Shown here piece after piece: positions 35,130-47,589 of a DNA stretch of 64,000 nucleotides (positions are counted from its first letter, which is position 1; the number at the start of each line of letters is the position of its first letter). This DNA is from Psammoneis japonica (Eukaryota): the NCBI GenBank assembly GCA_008632985.1, contig QPGO01000051.1, positions 1 to 64,000 of the forward strand. Direction: 5' to 3'. The notes under the pieces were generated by a model that saw only the letters and a program-made list of their open reading frames with translations, did not search any database and had not been told where the DNA came from. A program made the position numbers and the translations under genes.

Positions 35130-36976
35130 ATGGCTATTGCTTCTTCCCCAGCAACTCCCTTCCACAGAGGTGAAACTTCAGTGCAGGATCGGCTTGGCGT
35201 TAGTTCACACGTCATGTCTTACGGTGCGTTTTCAACATGGTCAATTACCGAAAATGTTATCATTTCCTCCCGGCATAACTTACATAATAAAAACTATGGC
35301 TTTTTATCGTCATTTCAACAGCTCCAAAGGTCATTCGACCCTACATGCCGATTCAACATCGGGAATTTTTCGAGGCACAACCATTCCTGGCTGTTGCGGC
35401 TCGAGATAGCGAGAACAGAATGTGGTCGACACTCCTCACACATCCCGACGGAGAAAATGATTTTGTTACGAGCCCGACCTCCAAGTCTCTTCTAGTTAGG
35501 GGGCTTCCAGTCCCAGGTGATGCATTGCAAGATTCATTAAAGCCTGGATCGGACCTCGGCATCTTAGGAATTGAATTTGCTACGAAACGTCGAAACCGTG
35601 TGAATGGCCGTATAGCTGCGGCATATCCAGAGATCTCATTGGACGGAGAAAAACAAGCAGCAGGCATTGAGTTTGCAGTAGATCAGAGCTTCGGTAATTG
35701 CCCACAGTACATAAAGCCGAGAAAGTGGTGGTCTGCAACTTCGAAAGAGAATAGCAATGCCCAGAACGGACTTATTCAAGGGGAGAAGCTATCCTCGGTA
35801 TCGAAAGAATTATCCTCGAGTCAAATCGACCGCATCAAAAATAGCGAAACTCTCTTTATTGCTACGGGATATCGAGGGCAAGGAGAAGACCCTCGATGGG
35901 GTAATGACGCTTCGCATCGTGGTGGACCTAAAGGCTGGGTCGGTGTTAGGGACAACAAGACTTTGTTACTTCCTGATTTTTCAGGAAACAATCATTTCAA
36001 CTCAATCGGAAACTTGATGATGGATAATCGTATGGGTGTCACCTTTCCTTTATTTGAAACGGGAGGGATGATTCAGCTCACAGGTACCGCCACGGTCGAC
36101 TTTGACGAAGCCATGGCTGCAAGCTTCTACCCTGGAGCAAAAAGGGTCATCGAGTTCTCGATTGAAGAGGTTGTAGAACTACCTGAAGGGTCTCTTCCTC
36201 TTCGATGGACAAACGACGACTTGGAAAACCAAGAACGAACCTTAGAAGTTGTCCGCAAGGAGAAGGAAAGCGAAGATGTGACCAGTTTCTACTTGATGCC
36301 GCGCGATGGAGACCGACAAGATCTATGGAAGTTTAGCCCTGGACAGCACCTCCCCATAACAATCGAGGCAGACAAAGAAAAAACCCTCGACCGAACCTAT
36401 TCACTTTCGGGAAGCACCGATTGGATAGGTTATCGCATATCTGTGAAACGCGAACCTTTTGGAGCGGCGTCGACCCTTCTGCATGACAACATTCACGCTG
36501 GCGACACAATTCAGGTACATCGGCCTGCCGGAGATTTCGTTCTTGAAGGCAGTAGTAATAGAGAGAACACGCTGGTGCTTGTCAGTGCGGGTGTCGGTAT
36601 CACTCCCATTCTGTCTATGCTGCATGCCGTGGTTCGCTCTAACCAAAGACTACCAAAAGCACAAAGAAGAGAAGTACTTTGGGTGCACGGTGCAAGAGAT
36701 GGCGCACACCATCCTTTTCAGGAAGAAGTTAGTGAGCTGGTTGAACTCGGAAATGGTTTTGTGAAGACGCACGTTGCTTATTCGAGACCAAGGGAATTTG
36801 ATACAGAACACGATTCGGAGGGCCGTATTAGTGCAAAGCTCCTAGAAAACTTGGTACCAGACGTTCAAAACGCTGACTTTTATATGTGTGGAACGGGTTC
36901 TTTCATGGCTGACATTGAATCCGGGCTTCAAGAACTTGGTGTCGATCCCAAAAAAATAAAATTTGAAACATTCTAA
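35130..36976 (+). CDS. Pyridoxamine 5'-phosphate oxidase-like (FMN split barrel x2) fused to FNR-like FAD/NAD(P)-binding reductase; intron 35224-35321
   Basis: PFHRGETSVQDRLG, RRNRVNG, QSFGNCPQYI, DASHRGG, GNNHFNSIGN; then RTYSLS, SAGVGITPILSM, FYMCG, FETF. Confidence 0.9.
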
Positions 36977-37177
36977 ATCGTAATCCATAGAGACTTCAGT
37001 GGTACCAAGACTTTTGTCATCGTCTCGAGCTCCCTTTTATTTGTTTTGCGTCTCGTCATTCGCACACTCAACTCGTAGACTCGCTCCGTGCACTCGTGTC
37101 CCCAGAAATGTAATAGCCGTAGTAATAGGGCTAGAGAGAATCCCAACAGCAAGTAGGAGTGTAAGATTGATGTATCG

Positions 37178-38178
37178 CTACCTTCGTAAAATCATCAAAC
37201 CGCCATTCGATAGCTGCCAAAAATCAACCCCTTGACACCATTCGGGAAAGAACTGTAACAAGTTTGTCAGCGCCCGTGTGTGTGGCTCACGAAACAGAAA
37301 AACGCCTTTACCATCCAACAAATCGAGCAACAACGGTGGAGGCTTGCCGTGGGATCCCATAACTTCACTCAACACGTAAACAAAGGTAAACACAAGTAAT
37401 CCAGATGTAGCGTGGTCGTCATGTTGTAGTCGCAAGTGCCGGTGAAACTCAGCGTTGGTTTCGTGATGCAGGGGAAGACTCAAATCGGTAGTTTGGAATG
37501 CAATGTCTTGCCCAGACAACTCGCTAACTCGTGATACGATGGGACCCCAACCCGCGGCATAGTCTGCTACAACAAGTTGAGCATTGTGTGCGCCGGGTGT
37601 ACCATGATACTTTCGAAATAGCATATAACCAAACATGTCGTTTCCGGGGCCACCTCCAATCGACATTACGGAAGATGGAGTTTCCAACGACACTCGGGAC
37701 TCCGAATCTAGCAACGCTTGTTGCGCACTCCTCCATAGCTCAAAGGCAATGACGGCTCGCATGGAAAATTTACGTTGTGCGTAGCCCCAGAGTCCCCCTC
37801 TATGTTTTCAAAGTCGTCTTTGACTTGGAGCCCCTTGCGCATTTTCTTTTGCAACGCCGTGGTTTGTTCCAAACAATTCAGCTTGTCGCCAACAAAGCAT
37901 TTGTTGGACTCGACCAAACCCTGAACGACAAACCTAACATCAGATTGGAGTCGTTTTGCTAATCTTGTTGGTAGCCTGCATATTATGTTGGAGTTTTCAT
38001 CTTTGAATTCTGTAACTTCGTCGGATCCTTTGTCCGTGTCGTTCCACGTTCGGACCGAAGGCGCGATCGAATTGCAATCGGTGCCAAAACACTCATTTCT
38101 GAATGCACGGTTCACCATACCACAGCTGACGCACGTCCATCGTCCATGTCTTTCTTGCAGCGGTCCTGGGAACGTCAT
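37178..38178 (-). CDS. RanBP2-type zinc finger plus SAM-methyltransferase-like protein (frameshift near 37795)
   Basis: WTCVSCGMVNRAFRNECFGTDC; VMSIGGGPGNDMFG (motif I-like), FVYVLSE; two ORFs joined across a G-run. Confidence 0.65.
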
Positions 38179-39297
38179 GGTGATAGCAATAGAATATCGA
38201 ATAAGAGCAACGTCGAAACGTGTGAACGCAACGAGAACGAGAAAGGAAATGAGTGGAGGAAGACAGATTTTGGAAAACAGACATGGTATCGACCTGGCTC
38301 GTGACCTACTGCGTTCTACACAGAAACCTACGGGGTTTTGAAATTTTTGATTTGGCTGGCTCAACCCATTGTGATTCTTCATTGTTCGATATATAAATAA
38401 TGAATGAGGTCATTTCATGACGCGCGACTGAGGAGTGAGTCGTCGTCGCATCAACAATAGAGTGACAGATCATGAACACGGTCGCCTTCGCGTTCGATAA
38501 AATTAGCCGAACCCTGACGTCATGAGAAAAAGGAATCTTTTTCGGTGGATTCACATCTCGCTCGAATTTCAAGTCGTTTGAGTCAGTGCGAAAACAAAGA
38601 TTCCTTTTAGAGTTGTTGCGACGAGCTGATCGCTGATCGACAGTAAAGAACGATCGAGATGGCGGCGATTAAGCTTATTCAATGCAAAGTTCTTTCCTCC
38701 ACGCTCATATGAAAATTTAATAAGAATATGTATTGAAAAGAGTGAAACTTTGAATGTATTCTACAGAAAGTATCGTCGGTAAAGCAGTGCGACGACAAGG
38801 AGCACAGAACCACAGTTGTTGTTGACGTCGTGCGTTGGTTTTTAGGATTTGGGGGCACTAAAAAGCCCAAAAAGGACAAGAACGTAGAATAAAAATCGTA
38901 ATTACGTATTTTATGGGTATAAGAGCATCTCGTGTATGTTATCGTCGCTTCGGTTGTAACGAGTAGCGTGGTGAATGACGCCGTCGTTCGTGGCGTGTGC
39001 TCGTCTCGTCGAATTGATTTTTTGATGGAACGTGCGTTGCGGTGTGAAGACCTATAGTACATTATTTACGTAGATTTCTACACCGCGTTCACTTGCGAAA
39101 AAGCTGAGTGAAGCCAAAACAGCACCCGGATGTGGCTTCACTGCTGTGTTCGCCGACGTCATCTCGGAAAGTAGTGCACGCCAGCATGACGTGGCGAACG
39201 CGAAGACGGTCGCCTTCACTCGTGATCTGTCACTCTAATAACAGCGGCGGCGCGCGGCAGCTGTTCATTTTCTGCTCCATCTGCAACTAAACTGACG

Positions 39298-42200
39298 ATG
39301 GTGGTGAAAGGGCCGAAAGCACTGTTAGCCGAGTCGATTGCAGCGGCTCTTAGTGAGTATTTCGAAGTAGAAGCAGATAACATACAATCTAACCTCTTGA
39401 AAAATACAAAGATCGTGTTGAACGACACCAAGCTCCGCCCGCAGACAAACTATGTCCCCTCTGGTACGAATTCTTTGCAGGCTCTCACGACAGGCGCGGT
39501 GGATCAGGTAGAATTTTCCTGGGAATGGTCAATTGGAAGTGAAACTATAGTCAAGGATGCAACTCTTACGATTCGAGGACTGAAATTCAAAGCTGAACTC
39601 TCTTTTGCTAAAGACAACCCGGAACCCAACAATGTGCCTCTCGACAGTAAACCAACGAGACGAAAGAGCGAATTGCAGCAAATTAAGAAGGAAGGCAGGG
39701 TGCAAGCTTACATTCGTCGTCAAGTCGAACAGATCATTAACGCCCTTACCCTTAACGTGACCGACTTTGAGTTTAGTCTGCTACTCCCACCCGAAGGAGG
39801 TGTTGTTGGTGGGATTTCAGTCGGCGGGCAATCCGTAGAGCTCAAATCGCTCCTTAATCAAGCAGGAAAGGACGAATTGTCCCTGGATGGAAAGCACCAT
39901 TTGAAAAATCAGCTCACGTTTGGGTCTTTCTCTGTCAACATTACCAAGTCAGAATTGGGATCAGTTGCTGTCGATACTTACCCACTCCTGCAGCCGATCA
40001 GTTATCGTGCAATTGCAACTCGATTCAGTGGGAAGCGTTTTGGTGGCTTGAATTCAGGTCTAGAGGTTGTTGGTCTATCGTTACCGTCCGTATCTATGAG
40101 GAAAATCATGGAGGATCGCGGGGTAGTCTTTCATGCCGGCGTTGACCAGATTCAAGTACTGAGTCAGCTCGGCAACCTCGTCTTAGCCTCTTCAGCGGCT
40201 TCCCGACAAGCCGTTGGTGATGTTGCTTTACCGGAATCAATCGACGGACCCAAAGGCGGGAATGGGGACCTGCAAGGCAACGTGCGAGCTGGGGAAGATT
40301 CTTCAACGACTGATGACCAGCTCGATGCCCTCATGAACGAGGTACTGACTGCATCAGTATTTCATTTCCCGGTAACGGGTGTCTCACTTGTCCTCCCAAA
40401 CGACACAAACATCACACTAGAGTCATTCACTCTGAACTATCAGGCTGATGGTACTGTAATGAATGTCATGGGAACCGATGGATCAGGAATTCTGGTTGAC
40501 GACTACCACCTCGTGCGGACCAATTCCAGTTCTAGTAGTCGATGGCTTGTCGACTTTATTTCATCAAAGTTTTCTATCACAGGTGTCGATTTGCCCAAAA
40601 GTGATGACACTGGCAGTGCGGCGTACTTTCACCTTAGGCCAGATGTGCTGAAAAGCCTGGTGGAAGGAATGAAGATGATGGCGGAAGCTGCTGGGGAAAT
40701 GGACTTTAGCTCTTCAGCCCCCAAAGATAATCCGCCGCCGCCGTCGACTAGTCCGGGCTGGGCTTTCGAGGTCAACAGCTGTATCGAGCTTAGACTGGAG
40801 GGAAGTCCTAGTGACTCCAACCCAGAATTCATCGTCGTGTCTGTCGATTCTCCTTCCATGAAGATGCCGTTTGGGAACGCTTCTTGCATTCAATGCAGCG
40901 GGTTGATCGTTGGACCGTGTTCCCACGGGAACCTCTCCGTCGCTATCCCAGGAATAAAGCAAAAAGCAGACAGCGCAGAATTGGATATTGATGGCACGGT
41001 GACCGCCGTTGTTGAGTCATCTGAAGTGGCCCAGAATGCTCAAGATTTCTTGAATGACTTCCTGTCTGCAGTAAAGCCTTCCGATGAAATAAATGCGACC
41101 AATGACCAAAATGGCAGTTCTACTGCCCAAGACGCGTCTAACGCTTCCTCCTTTGATGGATTTGTTTTATCGCTGCCGAAAATTAATTTTGCTACCCTCG
41201 AACCGAATACTCAGGTGATTATGCACGATGTGCGTCTCAGCTCATCGAGGTGCTCTGTCAATTCCATCAATGTTAGTGACGACAAGGGAACCACTGCATC
41301 TGTATCTGGTCTTCGAGCGGTCTTCTCGGATCAGGACAAGTTTCTGGATGTGGATATGATTGAGTCGCTTCATGTGCCCAATTATGCTGCGCTTCTGAAT
41401 CCTATTCGTAATGCGCATATTGGTTTGGAAGACAAAACCCTTGTTGTGAAGCTGAATTCTGTCGATGGAATGTGGTTGGTTGACAAACGCAAAGCTGAAG
41501 ATGCGGAAGAGGCCGAGTCAAAACCAGTACCGTCGCTTCCGTTTCCCGTCAAGCTCTCTGTAAATCGGTTATCGGTCAAGAAAGAACCCGTGATGCCTAA
41601 GACAGACGAGAGCGACAAGGCGAAACAAACAAAAAAGGAGCCAAAGGATATACCTGTCTTCATGTACATGAAAGGTCTAGAAATTGGCGTCATCCCCACG
41701 CCGACCGCAGCAGAAGTCGTAGAGCACGAAGGAAAATTGATTTCGGTCACACACCCCGCCTCGTTAAAGTTCATGGTCGAGGAACTGGAAAATCCAATGG
41801 TACAACTTCGCGAGGCAAGTGTTTCAGCAGTTGTAGATTTGGACGAACCGAAAGAAGAAGTTCGAAGGTTTCGATTCGGTTCTCCTCATCCTATCAAGAT
41901 CCAAGCTGGGTTCTCAGCTGTGGACTGGAAGGGAATGTTCCGAGGCAACAATGCTCCGACGCATGAACCAAACAGAATGCCTCACGCCCATGTCGACAAG
42001 ATAGAGCTTGCTATTGCTTACGACTTTAAGATTGTTACCGGAAAGGACACAAGTGTCGAGATATCGGCATTTGATGGCGACTCAGAGACAACGTCCGCAT
42101 CACTTATTGAACATTACGCGTCCACCGTGAAGAAGTACGCCCCTGATTTCATAACCAACACGGATATAATGGGCGCAAACGTCGTTGATACGGGACTTGC

Positions 42201-43386
42201 AGCCTACGGGGCCTACGCTCTTAAGGCTACACCGTATGGTGGAGCAGCAGTCGGTATCCTTGGTGTCGCAGGTGTAGATGCTGTTTTTGGTGCCCTCCGA
42301 GCTGGTAAACGCAGCAGGGGTGCAAGCCGTGATGAAGGTTACAAACCGGGGGATTTTTGTCGTGGCATTGTGTTCTTAATGTCAGAAGCCACGGTGGCTG
42401 GTGCCGAGAGGAGGGGCGGCGATGACGGCGCCGCAAAGAACCGCTACGTTAATTTTGCGATTGGGGCTGCTCATGGAGCCGGCGGATATGTAGACGACAA
42501 CAAGGCACAGTTAGGAGGTGCAGCAGCTGCCGGTGTAGGGATGGTAGTTGGAACAATGGTTGCAGGGCCTGTTGGCGGCATTGCTGGAGGAGTCTTAGCT
42601 GGCGCGGTCACCACCAAAACGATTCAACATGTCGAGAACAAGTCTAAGGCTGAATCAACGGACGGTAAGACTTTGAGCGGCGTGTTGTTCTTCCTCCTCT
42701 CCATATCGTTTCACTCTTTTGTTGAGCTTCTTTCAAATGACATTGAAAATACAGAAGATGATTTGTCTTCTTCGCAACATGATGAAGAAATTGAGGCGCT
42801 GATTCCTGACCCAGAAGTTGTCGAAAGCATCAAACAGAAACCACAGGGACTCTTGTACAAAAGGAGGGACACCTTTAAATCTCAGTGGCGACCTCGTTGG
42901 TTTGTTCTCGACACTGAAACTCAAGTTTTGTCATATCATTACATATCTAGCAATGCACCTCCTCTTATTGAAACTAAGAAGCCCATGTTTGGCGGCAGGA
43001 AACCAGATACAGTGACGGAATCGCAGCTAGAGCCAGCAACGCACGCCATGGGTTTCCAAGCAGAATCCGAGCAAGGTGTCGAACTCAAAGATTGTGTAGT
43101 GCGGATTGAAGACGGCCTGAGCATACCGGAGAAGTTTCTGTTTGCCTTCTCAATTACTCCGCCAGAAGCGGTTGGCGTTGTTCCATGGTATCTTTCTGCT
43201 ACTACCCAGGAAGCCCGATTCATGTGGGTTGGTATGTTGGCAGAACTGACCGGCCTTGTGAAAGATGAGGAAGCGCTGAAAGACGCCTGCGGAGATGTGC
43301 CAATGGAGGACTTTGTAAGCATGGTCGGTTTTGACAAAGATGCGCTCGTTAGTGCTCGCGAGAGTGAAAGTGAGGACCATACCTAA
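39298..43386 (+). CDS. Large protein with chorein-N-like N-terminus, Gly/Ala-rich hydrophobic segment and C-terminal PH domain
   Basis: 1362 aa ORF; N-terminal LAESIAAALSEYFEV...KIVLNDTKLR; PH motifs QGLLYKRRDTFKSQWRPRWFVLD and WYLSATTQEARFMWV; probable in-frame 90-nt intron 42665-42754. Confidence 0.7.
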   Translation: MVVKGPKALLAESIAAALSEYFEVEADNIQSNLLKNTKIVLNDTKLRPQTNYVPSGTNSLQALTTGAVDQVEFSWEWSIGSETIVKDATLTIRGLKFKAELSFAKDNPEPNNVPLDSKPTRRKSELQQIKKEGRVQAYIRRQVEQIINALTLNVTDFEFSLLLPPEGGVVGGISVGGQSVELKSLLNQAGKDELSLDGKHHLKNQLTFGSFSVNITKSELGSVAVDTYPLLQPISYRAIATRFSGKRFGGLNSGLEVVGLSLPSVSMRKIMEDRGVVFHAGVDQIQVLSQLGNLVLASSAASRQAVGDVALPESIDGPKGGNGDLQGNVRAGEDSSTTDDQLDALMNEVLTASVFHFPVTGVSLVLPNDTNITLESFTLNYQADGTVMNVMGTDGSGILVDDYHLVRTNSSSSSRWLVDFISSKFSITGVDLPKSDDTGSAAYFHLRPDVLKSLVEGMKMMAEAAGEMDFSSSAPKDNPPPPSTSPGWAFEVNSCIELRLEGSPSDSNPEFIVVSVDSPSMKMPFGNASCIQCSGLIVGPCSHGNLSVAIPGIKQKADSAELDIDGTVTAVVESSEVAQNAQDFLNDFLSAVKPSDEINATNDQNGSSTAQDASNASSFDGFVLSLPKINFATLEPNTQVIMHDVRLSSSRCSVNSINVSDDKGTTASVSGLRAVFSDQDKFLDVDMIESLHVPNYAALLNPIRNAHIGLEDKTLVVKLNSVDGMWLVDKRKAEDAEEAESKPVPSLPFPVKLSVNRLSVKKEPVMPKTDESDKAKQTKKEPKDIPVFMYMKGLEIGVIPTPTAAEVVEHEGKLISVTHPASLKFMVEELENPMVQLREASVSAVVDLDEPKEEVRRFRFGSPHPIKIQAGFSAVDWKGMFRGNNAPTHEPNRMPHAHVDKIELAIAYDFKIVTGKDTSVEISAFDGDSETTSASLIEHYASTVKKYAPDFITNTDIMGANVVDTGLAAYGAYALKATPYGGAAVGILGVAGVDAVFGALRAGKRSRGASRDEGYKPGDFCRGIVFLMSEATVAGAERRGGDDGAAKNRYVNFAIGAAHGAGGYVDDNKAQLGGAAAAGVGMVVGTMVAGPVGGIAGGVLAGAVTTKTIQHVENKSKAESTDGKTLSGVLFFLLSISFHSFVELLSNDIENTEDDLSSSQHDEEIEALIPDPEVVESIKQKPQGLLYKRRDTFKSQWRPRWFVLDTETQVLSYHYISSNAPPLIETKKPMFGGRKPDTVTESQLEPATHAMGFQAESEQGVELKDCVVRIEDGLSIPEKFLFAFSITPPEAVGVVPWYLSATTQEARFMWVGMLAELTGLVKDEEALKDACGDVPMEDFVSMVGFDKDALVSARESESEDHT

Positions 43387-43822
43387 CCGGTGGGCCCTAG
43401 AGGCTTTCGAACGTTGAAAGTCGGATGTGGTAATTTCCTGTGCTTCGCAATGGCCCATTCCTCCGAAGGGATGAACCATTGTCCGACGACCACATCGTCT
43501 CATTTGTTAAATAGAGTTTTAAGGGCTTCTACTAGAGTTGATGTTATTGCACTTTCCACTCTCTGCTAGCTAGAGAGTGTGAGCCGAGCCTATGGTCAAA
43601 GAGCCAATGCGGGCAGCGCACATATTATGGTACAGAAGAGCCATTGCGCAGACAGCGTACAGACTACAGACAGTATCACAGAATTGCAGACATAGGCAGA
43701 GCCGATTTCGATTCGCAATTCGCAACCGAATATCACATCGCATTGAACACTATTACAGGTCGTTACATCATCGTTTTCTGAAGGTTATCTTCCACTCACA
43801 GTCCTTTTCGAATAAATAGAGC

Positions 43823-44633
43823 ATGGCGATAAGTCGAGGCTCTGAAGTTTGGTGTTTCCTGTGGAGTACCGTTCTTCTGCATACTCTTTTCTTGGCGGTG
43901 TTTTCTCTTGAAATGCCATCTCCCAGACGAACGCCGCCTCCGTTATCAAGCGAACTGGGTTGTAGTCCGACGCTTTCTATTGTTTTGGGAAAGCAGGGTT
44001 TCTTTTTTGATCCTCTCAATTTTGCCACTGATGAAAACTTTGCGCGATACAGAGAAGCGGAGCTGAAACATGGTCGGATCGCGATGGTGGCAACCATTGG
44101 AATGGTATTTCCCCGAGTACTCGTAGAGCAATTATCTTCCATTGATGCTTTGAAGCGCACAATTGGCTTACCAGAACCTGAAAACGTTTGTGTTGGCGTT
44201 CTGGAGGCCTTGCAGAAAATGACAGTAGAAGGATGGCTGCAAATACTCGTTACATGCGGAGTGTTGGAAATCTTTGTGTTTTACCAACGAAGCTCCCTGG
44301 ACATGCCAGGAGACTATGGAACGGGATACTTGGGATTGAGGGACAAGGCCAGAAACGAGCGGTAAGATTGAGGCGATCTTGTGCTAAGGAATTCTTATCG
44401 ATGGACAAACACGTGTGTTGCTATGGTCATCTTCGTGATTGGCCTCTTCTTCTCACTATCCTTTCTCACAATTCGTCAGTGCTTTGGAATGCGAACTCGA
44501 AAACGGTCGGCTTGCAATGGTTGCATTTCTCCTTCAAGTTGTTTCTGAAATTGTTACCAGGCAACCGGTAGCTGAACAATTACACTTGACGACAAAAATG
44601 ATTGCAGAAACAGTAGCGAGCTCGCAAAGTTAG
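43823..44633 (+). CDS. Light-harvesting complex (FCP/LHC-like) protein; intron 44362-44479
   Basis: FFDPLNFA, RYREAELKHGRIAMVA, PGDYG, ELENGRLAMVA. Confidence 0.92.
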
Positions 44634-45382
44634 CAGTGAGAAACTTCCTCCTCGCCGTTATGAACCGGCGTGACACCATCAAATTCTTCTCAGCTTGGAA
44701 TCGAGCTCTACGGAGTGGCGCTCCTTTCAATGAAGGTCACCGATCGTTGTTTTTGTTCAGCCTAGGGAAACTGAACGCGTCCATCGCAGCTCGAGATCAA
44801 CCTCCTCACCTGTACGTTTGGCGTTACATAAGGAAACAAGGGCCATCTGTAAGGCAAAGTCTGACGGGAAGAGTGTGACCGTGGAATAAAGCAGCTGATC
44901 CTTGAGTACTCTGCTGTTGTTGGTAGTTTGTTGGTGACAACGCAACATCCGCAAATTAATGAGAAGAGGAGATTGGATAGCGCCGTTGAGATAGAACGGA
45001 CGAAAAAGCTGTTTCCGCCTGTTCGTGATTTCGTCATGAGTGAATGTGATGAGAACGTTGACGATGATGCAAAACCAAAAACGACCAATCTATATGCTTT
45101 GAGTCATATATTGAGTTCAGTCTCTCAGTTGCACCAGTAGTTGTATTTTACTATAGTCTACTCTTCGCGGTGTCCAATGAGTCGCGGTCCTTTCTCCATG
45201 CAAGCTAATGTGGTACATGTGAAATACACATTCAACAAGCCTGTTTCCTCCATCGGCGACTGCTCTGAATGTTACCTTATAATAGTTTATGTGCTGTGCG
45301 TTTACTCCTGTTGTATGTCTATGTATCTTCATCCGAGAGGACACTGTGTCCTTCAAAATGCGTAGTGCCATGCACGGCTCTG

Positions 45383-47179
45383 TTATTCCAACAAAGTCTC
45401 AGGCGTTGAGTCATTGAAGGAAAGTTCAGATTCACCACGAATGCAAGGGTCCATCCCCCACATTTCGAGCAAATGCTGAAAGTGATCCCTGTTTCCTACA
45501 AACACGTCTGGATTAGAGAGAAACTGACTTGTTATCCATTCTTGCGTCTTCTTGCCCTGAAAAACCAGTAGCCCTCGAATGTGGTCAAAGTCTTCATTGC
45601 AGATATCGATGGTTTCTGGAAATGCTTTGTCACCCACAAAGTGATTTTTGTTTTCATTTTGAAAGGGCTCGAGTCGCTCCTCCAACTGAAGAAAGTTCTG
45701 CATATCCTGTCGGAAGTCTCCGCTGCGTTTCTCGTCGTTGTCTTCAAGTTGTTCAAGGGAGTACAAGAACACCTTAGCGGGTGACTTTGTCACAGCCATG
45801 TTTTTCCGGCTCGACAGCTCCTGTAACTCATGTGGAGACATGTCCGTCTTTCCAAGCTGCATCAAAAATAACTCAAATCTGGCGCTGTCGGTTGATACAC
45901 CCTTCCATTCCGCGGATCCAACGAGCTCTTCCACCGAAGGGATAGGCTCGTCTTTCTCACCCTTGGTATGAGCTTCGGTAACGCGATAGTTGTAGAAGCT
46001 CTGGAAGTACTTGACAGGATGCCGAACGCCAATCACAATGCGCACGTCTGGGGAGTGGAGCCTCAGACGTTCAATTGCATGTTGTCTTCTTATACCACTT
46101 GGACATTTGACGACGCTCTTGATGGATGAGTCTTCAGCATTGGTTAACGTAGAGAGTGCATCGTCCAGTTTGGTCCTTGCTTCCATGTCAGTGAGACTAG
46201 GATTGGCAATGACACAGTTTTCCCTATCCCCAATCACAGTTTCCTTGTGGTCCTTGAATGCGTAAAGCAGAGAAGTCGTGCCGCATTTGGGAAAGCCAGC
46301 GACAAAAATGTGTAACCGTTTTGATTCAGTTACTGGGTGCGCCTGGACCAGCTCAACGGGATTATCGGAATGCCTTCTTCTACTGGCGGTAGCGGCGGAG
46401 TCTTTCTGATACACACTTCCGAGATCTCTGAATCCTTGCCTAAATCGGTTGCTACTAAACCGACTACCAGCCTGTCTCACAGTCCCGTACCCGTACCTGT
46501 AATTGCTAGACCCTGTCCAGCTGTAACCACTACGTGGGGCGGCATTGTTGTGTCTTCCATTCCAACCCCTGGCGCTCCAGCCGTTTTGCCTAAATCTGGA
46601 TGTTGATGCCCGATTCCCGTTCCAAGTCATACCACCGTTTTGTCTAGATTGGGTTGCTGGAGACCGATTCCCGTTCCAGATCATACTGTTTCGGGAGTTT
46701 TGCGCGCGCTGTCGAATCCAGCTCATGGATCCGCTTCTACCCCCGTGCCAGCTGAGAGTGGGACCTCTTGGACGCGAATTGAAATATCTACTGATCCACG
46801 AGCTGCTACTCCGACTATTCAATGGCGTATCGATATTTGTACCAGCTGAGCCTTCTTGCTGGGGTGGGGGCTCAACCTCAGCCTCACCCTCGCCTGTTGT
46901 ACTTTGCTGAAGAACGCGAATCCAATATTCTGTTTCACTGTGAACATAATCCTCTTTTCTTTTAAAATCAGCTTTTTCGATATTTCCTCCTGGCCACTCT
47001 CCAGTGTCCACGCGAAAAAATTTGCGACGAAGCAGAGTTGGCTTTGGCTGTTCCACAGCATCTTTGTTCGTGTCGCCACTGAAATAAGCATTTTCTTTCT
47101 GAAAGTCATCGAAATGAAAGCCTAGGATGAAAAACAACAAACCAGAAAGACACACACTTGCGGCTAATGAGAAACGCAT
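45383..47179 (-). CDS. Membrane-anchored sulfotransferase-like protein with low-complexity stem
   Basis: N-terminal hydrophobic anchor; 5'-PSB-like FVAGFPKCGTTSL; 3'-PB-like GVRHPVKYFQSFYNYR. Confidence 0.8.
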   Translation of the reverse strand: MRFSLAASVCLSGLLFFILGFHFDDFQKENAYFSGDTNKDAVEQPKPTLLRRKFFRVDTGEWPGGNIEKADFKRKEDYVHSETEYWIRVLQQSTTGEGEAEVEPPPQQEGSAGTNIDTPLNSRSSSSWISRYFNSRPRGPTLSWHGGRSGSMSWIRQRAQNSRNSMIWNGNRSPATQSRQNGGMTWNGNRASTSRFRQNGWSARGWNGRHNNAAPRSGYSWTGSSNYRYGYGTVRQAGSRFSSNRFRQGFRDLGSVYQKDSAATASRRRHSDNPVELVQAHPVTESKRLHIFVAGFPKCGTTSLLYAFKDHKETVIGDRENCVIANPSLTDMEARTKLDDALSTLTNAEDSSIKSVVKCPSGIRRQHAIERLRLHSPDVRIVIGVRHPVKYFQSFYNYRVTEAHTKGEKDEPIPSVEELVGSAEWKGVSTDSARFELFLMQLGKTDMSPHELQELSSRKNMAVTKSPAKVFLYSLEQLEDNDEKRSGDFRQDMQNFLQLEERLEPFQNENKNHFVGDKAFPETIDICNEDFDHIRGLLVFQGKKTQEWITSQFLSNPDVFVGNRDHFQHLLEMWGMDPCIRGESELSFNDSTPETLLE

Positions 47180-47589
47180 GCTTAGGATTCGCTGTGTTTG
47201 TGCAGTGGTATTTTATTGTCAGAATAGCTCCTCTTTGCTCCTTCGCAAAATTACAAACAAATTTGTGACCGTCTGTTGGGAGCTTTTATGACAAACAACG
47301 GCGAAACTGGTCGTGACCCTCCGATCGAACGTGTCTCTCGATGACGATTTATTTTACCATGCACCATACAACATGACGCAATAAGGGCTTCAGTGAGTGT
47401 TTCGTTGGTCGTGACATAAATCAAAAAAATGTGGAGTCATGCAAGAGTCATTATTTTTGTCGGGCAATTTTGTGCAACACACTGAACGGAAAATGAGAAT
47501 GGTCATTCTGGAAGTCCTCGTCATCATGACATTTTCGGGACATCGTAATTCTAGGGGCTCATTTCGTCTCTCTGCTAGAGAGAGCTAAA

